A stretch of DNA of 63,703 bases, counting the filler, from Lenisia limosa (lineage: Eukaryota; Protista; Breviatea), in assembly GCA_001655205.1 (NCBI GenBank). It is 9 parts of 9 records of this genome, joined end to end, with 100 filler letters (N's around TTAATTAATTAA, not from the genome) between each part and the next. Parts side by side here need not be neighbours in the genome. Positions count along the whole stretch, not along the records: positions 13,217 to 19,882 come from LPNZ01011727.1; positions 19,983 to 21,649 come from LPNZ01008754.1; positions 21,750 to 52,134 come from LPNZ01007841.1; 6 more parts are not named here. One strand, 5' to 3'. The position numbers were made by a program, and so were the translations under genes. How positions within the stretch are numbered: the stretch's first letter is position 1; each line of letters opens with the position of its first letter. Positions 13,940 to 24,700 of this stretch are shown here, one piece after another. The notes under the pieces were generated by a model. It worked only from the letters and a program-made list of their open reading frames with translations, did not search any database and was not told where the DNA came from.

Positions 13940-15417
13940 AAAGCAAAGCCTCGTACTCTGTTCTTCAGTACAAAGATGCTCATCCTCAGTAAACGGTTCG
14001 CCAAGGGGATCAGCAGAGAACTGAGGCGGGACAGCAGGGTACTCTTTAATTGGGAAGGGGAAGGTTCGGAGAGTTGATGATGGTACCATTCCTTTTCGTC
14101 TAGGAAGTGACAAGGATTGGGGAGGCAATAGAGTCAGCTATTATGGGGGGGCAATTTATGAAAGCCATAATCAACCGTGTGGGCTAAGCAGTAAAAATGG
14201 AAAATTTAGAGGGTTCTTTTGAATTGAGAAGATGCAGAAGGTGGAGGCCTGCTCCATTATATCATATGATATAAAGATGAAAGAAAAACAAGGTTGTATC
14301 TGGCCGAAGTATAATCCAACATCGCTTACATGCGTGATTGTGTGGACGGCTTCGGCCAGATACTATAATCGAATATCTCTAATAAGCGTGATGGTGTGGA
14401 CAGATAATATAAATATTAACAATATTTCTCATTTCTACATATCATATATCGATATAATACATATTACGCCACACACAGAACACGATGGCTATTGGAACAC
14501 CCACCTTTTTCTAGGTTTGGCGGGGAGGAGAAAAGAGTCCTCATCATCGTCGGGTTCGTCCGTTGATGTCTTGGGAAATAAATCTCAATACACTAATTCT
14601 TCTTTATGTTCGCTTCATCCCCATTCAAGTGACTAATTCTTCTTTATGCTCGCTTCATCCCCATTCAAGTGACTAATCTGGTAATGAAACAACCTCCCCT
14701 ATTTAATTTATTGTTAAATTCTATTTGATCCCCCCCTTCTTTATTTCCCCTAGAGTTGCCATTTTGAAGTAAAGTCTCACTAGGATCATAAAGAACTTGC
14801 GGTTGACCACCGATGCCGCCCCCCTCCATACACTTAAGTGTTACTCTCAATTTCCCTTTGCAACTACTTACAACACAGCCCGCAGTAAACTCCAACACAG
14901 CCCGCAGTAAACTCCAACACAGCCCGCAGTAAACTCCAACACAACCCACAGTAAACTCCCAGAAGCTTCGGTCCCCGGAGTGAGAAGAGTCTTTTTTGTC
15001 ATAGTACCCATCGTTCTTCTAGAACCGTCAAGTGTGGTCAAATATGAGAGAGAGAGAGAGAGAGAGNNNNNNNNNNNNNNNNNNNNNNNNNNNNNNNNNN
15101 NNNNNNNNNNNNNNNNNNNNNNNNNNNNNNNNNNNNNNNNNNNNNNNNNNNNNNNNNNNNNNNNNNNNNNNNNNNNNNNAGCGAGGGAGCCACATTGACA
15201 ATTTTTTTGAAGAGTAATAATTTAACCCGAAAACACTTTCGTTTATCACCTACTTCATTAACCCAAAAAGAGGTGGGACGTTCTTTGACAAGCTTAGCCA
15301 GGTCGCGTGCCTCAACTTCCTGAAGACGCGCTTTGAACTCTGCATCCAAGCTTGCCACCTCTGGAGGCTGGTTAGTTCGGTGTGAGAAATTTTCCGCTCC
15401 ATCACCACCATCATCTC

Positions 15418-15478
<61 letters not shown>

Positions 15479-18400
15479 NNNNNNNNNNNNNNNNNNNNNN
15501 NNNNNNNNNNNNNNNNNNNNNNNNNNNNNNNNNNNNNNNNNNNNNNNNNNNNNNNNNNNNNNNNNNNNNNNNNNNNNNNNNNNNNNNNNNNNNNNNNNNN
15601 NNNNNNNNNNNNNNNNNNNNNNNNNNNNNNNNNNNNNNNGGGATGGGGCGGAACGGGGTCAGCGGCGGCGTAAGAATTGCAAACTCGTCTGGGGCTACTT
15701 GGGACTTTTGGTATATAACCTGGGGAGTATTTAATCAAGGAGTAAAATGTCGGTGTTTATTTATCTTCCCATATACATACAATAATGATACTCCACGTTA
15801 GCCCCCCCCCCACTCCAACATGAACACAACTGTATCTNNNNNNNNNNNNNNNNNNNNNNNNNNNNNNNNNNNNNNNNNNNNNNNNNNNNNNNNNNNNNNN
15901 NNNNNNNNNNNNNNNNGCTGTATCTTCGAGCTTGTCTTCGAAAGGAGTCGATAAAAAGGCAGGTTTTCGGTTTCTCATCGATGGTCAAAAAGTCCACAAT
16001 TTGAGATACTAAAATGATTTAACGTACTTCGTGCAATTATTTGTATATGAATTATAAATTGTAAAGTGAAACATATTATAACGAAAACATATTATAACGA
16101 AAACATATTATAACGAGAACATATTATAACGAGAACATATTATAACGAGAATGCCATTTCGGTCATTATCATTTCAAAACTACCAAGTCTTGACCGATGC
16201 TATGCTATTTCCCAAGAAAAAACGATCAAAACTTATCGACGTCACTGTATATGATATGATATGATATATATAATCAGTGTATTGTATTGATATCATATGG
16301 AAATCATTTTATGTTGTATTAAATAAGTTCAAACAGAGATGTTGTATTTGAGACAATACAATGGTTAAAAAACAAGCAGCAATTACTTGGGAACATAAAC
16401 ATAAATCTGAAAGTATAAGTTTTTGTTTCTCATTAATGGTCAAAAAGTCCACAATTTGAGACACTAACTATACTTAAGAGTTGTAAGGCAAATGATTGGG
16501 TGAATTATACTATAATCCAATATCTCTTATAAGCGAGATGATGTGGACGGCTTCGGCCAGATATGCTATATATAGTGTAAGACATGACTGTGTGAATTGC
16601 TTTCTACATCTCAAGCCCCATGTATCCCAAAAGAAAATAGCCCCAGACAATATCGTTTTCTGGGATGTTTTCTTTTGTTTAGTCAACCGCCGGATCTCAA
16701 TGAACCTGGTACTTAACCCCTCCAACAAACCAAGATTTCGACAGCCTGCAAGCGTCAAAAATCCCAGGAAAGTCGGGTAGATCTGCCTGGCTCCCGCCTC
16801 AACGTCTGGTACATCTTCCAAAGTAAACTGTTAGAGAGGTCAACACTTCAAATATTTTGAAAATAATATAGTGTATCTTGGGCAGTCACACTCCCTCACA
16901 CCCTATGATTATTGCGGTACTTCGTGCAGACGGAGGCAATAGAAAACGGCCCGGCCACAATAGCAAATAGTCGCTCGTACTCCGGGGCGGGATACTCCAG
17001 GCGGTACCTGGGGGGGGGAGTAAAATTGGAAAATTAATGGTATCTGGGAGAGTGAACTTGAAAATTTTTATTGTGGGGAGAGATAAAAGTGACAATTTAA
17101 GAAACACAGTGGAGAGGGAGTCGGGATGGTATTAGGCCATAACAGCAAATAGTCGTAGGGGAGCCCTACTTATACCCCCCCCCCCCCATACCAAGCAACA
17201 GGTGTTTCCACCCATACACAGGGGGACTCTGAGGAAAGCTCTAACTGGAAGGATCGTATAGGCTGGCTTGTGACGGTCTAAGAGACGGAGGAGTAAGACG
17301 ATGGAATTTTCGATGAAGAATATTGGCGTAAAGGTACTTAAAAAAAAGGTCAGGAAAATTATCAAACAAAAACAAGAAATAAACNNNNNNNNNNNNNNNN
17401 NNNNNNNNNNNNNNNNNNNNNNNNNNNNNNNNNNNNNNNNNNNNNNNNNNNNNNNNNNNNNNNNNNNNNNNNNNNNNNNNNNNNNNNNNNNNNNNNNNNN
17501 NNNNNNNNNNNNNNNNNNNNNNNNNNNNNNNNNNNNNNNNNNNNNNNNNNNNNNNNNNNNNNNNNNNNNNGGTAGGGAGATGAATTGGAGACCGTATGAA
17601 CTGACTTGTCAGAAGGGCTTCACTTCGGTTCAAAAAACATCGGTAAAGTATTGATAGTTTCAAAGACTTATCGAGATATTTAGTCTATTTTCGAACTGAA
17701 GTGCCCCACTTATCACAAATCCCCCACCACAGATCTTGTGGTATCTTCATCATCGATAATCCGGCCATGGAGTAGGAGGTCCACACTACTCGACCGAATT
17801 TCGGTTAATGGCGCAAATTGGAAACTCTGGAGGGATAATTAGAATAAACAAGGGGGAGAGAAATCTTGGTGTTGTGTGAAATTGGAATTTTTGATGTGAT
17901 GGAGTAAAATGGAATCATTTATGAAAAAAAAAGCCCATAATCAACAAAAAAAAAAAAAAAAAAANNNNNNNNNNNNNNNNNNNNNNNNNNNNNNNNNNNN
18001 NNNNNNNNNNNNNNNNNNNNNNNNNNNNNNNNNNNNNNNNNNNNNNNNNNNNNNNNNNNNNNNNNNNNNNNNNNNNNNNNNNGAATTATCTGCCCCTTTC
18101 ACACAAAAGAATTTCTTTTTTTTCAATAAATATTTTTTAGAGCAATGAGAAATAAAAAAAACAAGGTTGTATCTCGGGCTTCACTACTGTTCGAAAAAAG
18201 ACTGAATTTCTCGATAAATCCTCGACATTTAACAGGTATTTTTCCATCCAAAGTGGTTGTATCTGAACAGAATTGCAAGGAATCGTGTGATCTGAACAGA
18301 AAACAAGAGACCTTACATACGGAGCCTTATTTATTTACCGCACAAGATTGTTTTTTTTTTATAAATCTGCCCTATATAATTCACATTTCCCCCAGCATAC

Positions 18401-19310
18401 ATCTGCTTTATAGATCAGGAAGTTGGATATACTGAAGTAGGGATGGCTGTCGTCAGGATCGATGTCGAATGCCCAGCTATAAAAGTGTAAAAACCGAGAG
18501 GCTTTGTTTTTGGGGACAAAACACATTAAAAGGTATGTGTTCGTTGTGTTGTAGGTTGGGCTTCACTTCGTTCGAAAAAATACTGAATTTCTCGATAAAT
18601 CCTAGAAAACTATCGATATTTTACTGGTCGTTTCGGACCGAAGTGAAGCCCTAGTCATACATAGGTGTTGTTAATATTACAGTATACGAGGGAGTCATTA
18701 CTAAATGTCGAATGCCAACTGAAAATAATGTCACAATCAGAAAAACCCAAACAGGTAACAACATATCCCCATTAGTTAACATTCATCGACGATTTATCGA
18801 GAAATTCAGTTCCTTTTTCGCATCTTCGGGAAGCCCTTGTCCCAACAGCAATATTCCTCCCCAAGATTCCCCCTTAGTTACCACCATACCCCAATAATTC
18901 ACCATCAATGACATACCCTCCCTGAAAAGCTTAGAACCCGGGTTGTTTGATACTAAAATCAACTGCTCACGAAGATAGATCAGTCTCACCCTCCTTCTCC
19001 GAAGGATGCTTTGAGGGGTCGAAGGAGTTTCTTAGGCCGTCTGGAGGGATCGCTTTGAGGTCTCTAAAGTCCCCCCCTAGGGTGTAGAGGGGGATTGGGG
19101 GCGGCATTAGGCCTGATCAAGGTGATGAGGGGGGGTGTTCTGTTGATGTTTGTTGATCTCTCTTATATCATTATACACTAAAAAAAAAAANNNNNNNNNN
19201 NNNNNNNNNNNNNNNNNNNNNNNNNNNNNNNNNNNNNNNNNNNNNNNNNNNNNNNNNNNNNAGAGACTGTAAGGACTGGGTAAGGAGGAGGAGCAGACCC
19301 AAGAACACCT
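13940..19310 (-). CDS. Uncharacterised multi-exon gene, possibly secreted; exon chain not fully resolved
   Basis: Minus-strand AG/GT-bounded open exons: VFLGLLLLLTQSLQS (19262-19310), DFRDLKAIPPDGLRNSFDPSKHP, WAFDIDPDDSHPYFSISNFLIYK, ITRFLAILFRYNHFG, FTLEDVPDVEAGARQIYPTFLGFLTLAG, EVASLDAEFKARLQEVEARDLAKLVKERPTSFW, TSTDEPDDDEDSFLLPAKPRK. No family recognised; may be more than one gene. Confidence 0.4.
14292..14406. repeat. Family C repeat ends, inverted plus tandem arrangement
   Basis: ggttgtatctggccgaag (14292) is inverted relative to cttcggccagatac (~14349), followed by a second partial unit. Confidence 0.6.
14868..14957. repeat. 22-bp tandem repeat (acacagcccgcagtaaactcca) x4
   Basis: Directly visible; begins at a minus-strand splice donor. 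Confidence 0.9.
15418..15478. repeat. (CAT)n microsatellite ending in a gap
   Basis: Direct read; the poly-His, poly-Met and poly-Ser ORFs here are by-products. Confidence 0.95.
16068..16150. repeat. 15-bp tandem repeat (aacatattataacga)
   Basis: About five adjacent copies visible. Confidence 0.85.
16184..16247. mobile_element. Family B MITE, degenerate copy
   Basis: caagtcttgaccgat...aaaacttatcgacgtcactgta. Confidence 0.65.
16477..16564 (+). repeat. Family C interspersed repeat
   Basis: agagttgtaaggcaaatgattggg...tctcttataagcgagatgatgtggacggcttcggccagata. Confidence 0.75.
17614..17707. mobile_element. Family A hAT-type MITE
   Basis: agggcttcacttcggtt...tcgaactgaagtgcccc TIR pair, ~95 bp. 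Confidence 0.75.
18175..18838. mobile_element. Cluster of family A MITE copies (18175-18255 degenerate, 18556-18653 full, 18780-18838 partial)
   Basis: gggcttcacttcg...cgaagtgaagcccta TIRs and shared core aatttctcgataaatcc. Confidence 0.8.
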
Positions 19311-19770
19311 ACTTTAAAATAAAAATTCGGGGGGTACGATATGATTGGCTTCTTGACAAAGGCACAAAGTGATTTAGACTCTGTTGTTGCTCTTTTTGTT
19401 TAGTAGCAGCAGCAGCAGCAGAGAGCAGCCACCACAGGCGCCACAGGTAAACAGATGAAATCGAATTGAAACCGAGCCGATAACCGAATAACCGATATAA
19501 AACCGACATTTTGGCCGGCGTGATTTTATCAAATCAAGAAAACAATAAAATGCCATAAAATATTACACCTCTTGAGTTGAATTTTCTTCGTCAAATCAAA
19601 GTTTTCGGACAAGATGAGCACTGGTGTTCATCAGGTTTTCATGTCCCAAACCAGCCAACATACCAGGGATATAAATTGCCTTTCCACAAATATTGAAAAT
19701 AATTCATGCCCATCATCACGTTGTTGAAATCAGAGTGAAACCATAAATCAACAAGCCCCATGCTAGGTCC

Positions 19771-19882
19771 CTAGTTCTTCTTGATGTGTGCCAATTCACG
19801 GCGGATTTCCGGGCCGATCTGGTGGTGGAAGTGGGTCCGCACAACAGCCAAAATGCCTTCTCTTTGCTCGGGCGTAATCTCA
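19771..19882 (-). CDS. BYSL: Bystin/Enp1 C-terminal exon fragment at contig edge
   Basis: EITPEQREGILAVVRTHFHHQIGPEIRRELAHIKKN* matches the remembered bystin/Enp1 terminus (IT.DQ...LLE.VR...H..IGPEIRREL). TAG at 19771-19773; the rest is beyond the linker. Confidence 0.8.
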
Positions 19883-20009
19883 NNNNNNNNNNNNNNNNNN
19901 NNNNNNNNNNNNNNNNNNNNNNNNNNTTAATTAATTAANNNNNNNNNNNNNNNNNNNNNNNNNNNNNNNNNNNNNNNNNNNNAACCTGAGACTCAACGTC
20001 ATTTCGCCC

Positions 20010-20610
20010 GCAGGCCCCGCTAGAGGTGTACGAATGTTGACCGTTTTAGTCTCCACCCAGGCCCCGTGCAAGAACGCGTTTGTTGGAAGGACGGCCGAAA
20101 GCTCTAGAATAGCGTGACCTATGCTCATTGACCCGCAGAAGTTCTCGTTGTGGATGACTTCGATGACAATCTGGGGGGGGGGGGGAANNNNNNNNNNNNN
20201 NNNNNNNNNNNNNNNNNNNNNNNNNNNNNNNNNNNNNNNNNNNNNNNNNNNNNNNNNNNNNNNNNNNNNNNNNNNNNNNNNNNNNNNNNNNNNNNNNNNN
20301 NNNNNNNNNNNNNNNNNNNNNNNNNNNNNNNNNNNNNNNNNNTCTATCAGGTACCTCTCCCCCTACTCCCGTACTCACACACTCAGATGCACAATCTATT
20401 ACCTTCTCCCCAACCTCCTTCCCCCTTTTGTGTGGGCGCGAAGGATGGTAATTATTTCTCTTGTTAAAAACAACAATTAATTAATTCCCCCGTACGGCCA
20501 GTCTCAGAACGTCTCTCGCCGTGACGGGGAGGGACAGTGACGATGGAATTGACCACATTGGTGACCCTGCCATTTCGCAGACGGGAGACTCCGCCGCCAC
20601 GCTGCAATGT
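20010..20610 (+). CDS. Probable exons of an unidentified gene on a short contig
   Basis: AG/GT-bounded open segments (APCKNAFVGRTAESSRIA, EVLVVDDFDDNL, DSDDGIDHIGDPAISQTGD); no recognisable family. Confidence 0.25.
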
Positions 20611-20658
20611 GAGGCGTGTTTCAAAATACTGGTATTTAAATATGATACTGTATATGTA

Positions 20659-20735
20659 AAGTGACCGTAATAGGTCTTGACCGATTTGCTATGTAATTTT
20701 CCAAGGAAATAGGTCAAGAATTATCCCAGTCATAC
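20659..20735. mobile_element. Family B MITE
   Basis: gtgaccgtaataggtcttgaccgattt...aaataggtcaagaattatcccagtca. Confidence 0.75.
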
Positions 20736-21761
20736 ATGTAAGATAGTACTATCTAGATAGCAGAAGGTGCACTCACCAAACCACCAAAACATTTATTTAT
20801 TCACTTCGGTTCGGTAAAATATCGTGGATATCGATTTACCCCCCCCCCCCCCNNNNNNNNNNGTCGTACCACCACTCCAGGTTTACCTGAATAGATAAGT
20901 TTTGATGAAGGTAAAGTCAAAATGCGTATTTTGATATTTTTCGGAAATATCTCTATTTGAAAGGTTTATCTAACAATACAAGGTCTCTCTCTCTCTCTCT
21001 ATGTGAGGGGGGGGGGGGNNNNNNNNNNNNNNNNNNNNNNNNNNNNNNNNNNNNNNNNNNNNNNNNNNNNNNNNNNNNNNNNNNNNNNNNNNNNNNNNNN
21101 NNNNNNNNNNNNNNNNNNNNNNNNNNNNNNNNNNNNNNNNNNNNNNNNNNNNNNNNNNNNNNNNNNNNNNNNNNNNNNNNNNNNNNNNNNNNNNNNNNNN
21201 NNNAGGAGCGTATGCGCGAGGGCATGGTGATTTGCTTTATGGCATCCCAATGTATTTTTTCACCTTCCCAAGATTTCTAATGTATATTGCTTTTTCAAAA
21301 CAAAAAAAACATACTCGGAGAAGGGTTTGGAGGGGCGGCTTTGACTGGTGTTTGAGGCGGCGTTTTAGGGGAAATGGAGAGGTTTTCCATAATCGGTGCA
21401 GCTGAAAGGTGAGGGTCATTGTTGTACAATTGCTTACATAGCTTTAACGATATAGTATCTCATATAGCTGCTATACGTACTAAAAAAATCTACTTTGTAT
21501 ATGTAAATGTAGTTCATATCATATGTATCTAATACACCATGTTTCGTCATTTAGTGGAAACAACTGAAAGAATGCAATCCATCCCCCCTCCCCCACCACC
21601 ACAAAAAGCACAATAAAACCCTACCCTTACCATCAGGGGCGGCCGAAGGNNNNNNNNNNNNNNNNNNNNNNNNNNNNNNNNNNNNNNNNNNNNTTAATTA
21701 ATTAANNNNNNNNNNNNNNNNNNNNNNNNNNNNNNNNNNNNNNNNNNNNCGGGAAGTGAAG

Positions 21762-24700
21762 AGTGAGAGTGAAGAGACGAGAATTGGCATTGGACGAGAA
21801 GAAGAAGAAAGTATATTTTTTATTTATTATTATTAGACCAAGGCATATTGATTTTACAGCCTCAGATCATGACATGACTGTTTGTTCCGCTGTTCCGCTT
21901 ATTCCCCTCTGTTCTGTTTGTGCTTCTGTAGTAAAATGGAATTAACTTTTTTTTTTTAGATATTTAAAAGGAAGGTATTTCACACAAGGCATTTCACAGA
22001 TCTGAAGAATGACAAACACAGTCAAATTGAAGCTGCCTACCTCCCTGCATGGTGATTGCAAGTCTGTGAGTTCAGTGTATAAAAACACATGCGTGTCAGT
22101 CATATTTTATTTTCCTCGGGCTATCTGCATCTTCTGTGCTTTTCACAACCATTGTTCTAGTCAAAATGTCGTGTTATGTTGTTATGTTGGTTCTGCACTG
22201 GAGTATCCACCAGCCATTTTTATTGTGTAACACGTTAGGAGGAGTGCCACTCTACTCAAGCGCCTCACAAGCCGATATGAGGACAAATACAGGAAGAAAG
22301 ACGTCTTGTGTAGCGACTGCTTAGACAAGAGCGTTTTTTGTGACAGCTTCATTGGTGGAGTAGTGAGGGGGATAGCGACTGCTTAGACAAGAGCGTTTTT
22401 TGTGACATCTTCATTGGTGGAGTAGTACGGGGTGTGGGGGTTGTAAGTTTGACATTTCCGCTACCATTTCAGTGTCAAAACTGCAGTGGAGAAAAGCACG
22501 TCACCATTAATAGATCGGAAGATAGTGCTGCTACTTGGTTGGAGATGTGGAGGTAATATATGTTAATTAATTGTTTAATCTCGTGTTTTATTTTTTATTG
22601 TGAACTTTGGGGAATAGCTTGTTATTTAAAACGCTGCCCATAGTAGTTCATCTTTTACATTTGTAGGGAACTCGCTGTTTTAAAAAAATCCAAGAACAAG
22701 AAGTAAGCAATAATGAGTCTTTTGTGGATTAGCAAGTCATTTAAGATGATATTGATAAGGATGCGATGTGATATGTAATATTATTTATTTTGTCTTTTAT
22801 TGCTTCATAGATTTGCATCATTGATTTTGCAGGCAATCTGAAGTAAAGAAGGAAACCAAAAAGGAGAAGGAAACCCATCAAGCAATGAAGGAAGGGAAAG
22901 ATGAGTAAGCGTGTTCATTGGATAATTGTATGACAAGTGGAGCCCTGTTTCTTATTTCAGTGTAGACCAGATACCTCTCCCCCCAAGAAGCGTAAACCCA
23001 AAAAGTTCTCAAAGGCCAATGTTGTTCTCCGCGCTCGGAGCGACTCTGATGTCAGTGTCATCAAACACAAGCGCAAACAGACCTCCAAGGGTCTTCTACC
23101 TACTCCCACAGGGGACATTCGCACTGTTCGACAATCCAAGAACCCCTTAAAAGTCAACACCACTCTTCCAAGCCAGCAGAATGAAAGGTTTGAATGGTTT
23201 CAGTCTTTAGACCAATTGCGGATTTTTTACCGGTTTTTTATTTCGTTTATCCACATTGCGTGGTGACTTACTATTTTCATTCATTTTGATGCTCTTTGTG
23301 TGTTTTTAGTAAGCGCAATGGGTGTCCAGATATCCTCATCAGATAATGTATCTTTTGCGTAGTTACCACCTTAGTCCTCCTATTTCCGATTTCACGGAAG
23401 GCCCCTGTGAAGTGCCAATTCGTTCGTTTCCGAAGACTCGACGCTACATTTCCCCTTCAGGTCGGATGTTATGTCATTTGTGGACTGCTGCTCTTTTGTT
23501 TCCAATGGCCTACGAATCTGATTATTACAGGCTTCAAGCTGTGTCACAAGAAAATGCACCATTCAGGTTGGAAAAGGTGCTCCTTTACACACACACTCAC
23601 CGAAATGAAGGTGAGAGTAAAGTTCGGGCTACTTTGCCACTTACTCCATAATGATTAGTGATTTGCCACTACTATAACTATTAATACTGTGCTTGTATTC
23701 TGATAACAACAGGCCTGGAACAAGGAAGGTGTACGCCTGGGGATCTTGGAGCATTCCAAATGCGCAATACAAGAAAAGAAGCAGGAGGACCTTCTCAAGT
23801 CTGGAAAGCTGGTGATGACGTCATGGTTGGTGGGGCAATGGTAATCTCATATTACGCTTTCGTCAATGCTTGTTAAGTAATACGTTTAGGGATTTTCAGA
23901 AGAGTAAACAAACAAAACCCAATCATTGCAACAAGGTATCGCAGAACCAACGGGTCCATGATTTCGCTCATTTAGCTGTGTATGACCCTCTAGAACACAA
24001 CACCAGCCAAGCCAATCAACGTTGTTCCAAGCCCCCCAGAACCCCTGCCCGTTGATGTAGGTTCAGTCTTGTACATGTTTTCCATAGGCCTTTGAGTGCA
24101 CGATTCGCGAAATTACATGTGTGTGTGTGTGTTTACATCACCTGCGCCATCTGCTACTTTCGAATATTGTTAATCCCTACATTACTGAGTCATTTCAAAA
24201 TATTATTCTCCATGAACATCTGAACATTTAGCTTCTGTTACTCTTCATGAACATTTAGCTTCTGTTACTCTTCATGAACATTTAGCTTCTGTTACTCTCC
24301 ATGAACATCCCATGAACATTTAGCTTCTGTTACTCTCCTCCCGCAATGCTGACACGACCATCAGCAAAAAGAAAAAGAAGCTGCGTAAAACTTGTGGGTT
24401 TTCAATAATACATGGGTTTAGTTACATATTCGTATAAGTTGCTAAAATCCCTTATCTCTGCGTGATGGTATGGACGGCTTCGGCCAGATACACCATCAGT
24501 TGCATTCCATTCTTCTTGGTACTATAAATTTGATCAAAAAGTACATTTGCCAATATTATCTCTTGTAACGCGCTTTCTAGCGGCCACTGGTCAATACGAT
24601 AACATCTGCAAAACGTGGGAGTATAGGCTGATGGCCAATATTGAAGAAGCCATTGAAGAGGCAGACTGGGACTATGAGCTCCAAACGGTTGGGTGTGGCT

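Noticed and set aside
15250-15801. Poly-His, poly-Ser and poly-Met ORFs
   Set aside because: Translations of a (CAT)n microsatellite plus N gap.
16681-16698. 18-nt identity agtcaaccgccggatctc with 63537-63554
   Set aside because: No extension on either side; compatible with chance in a window of this size.
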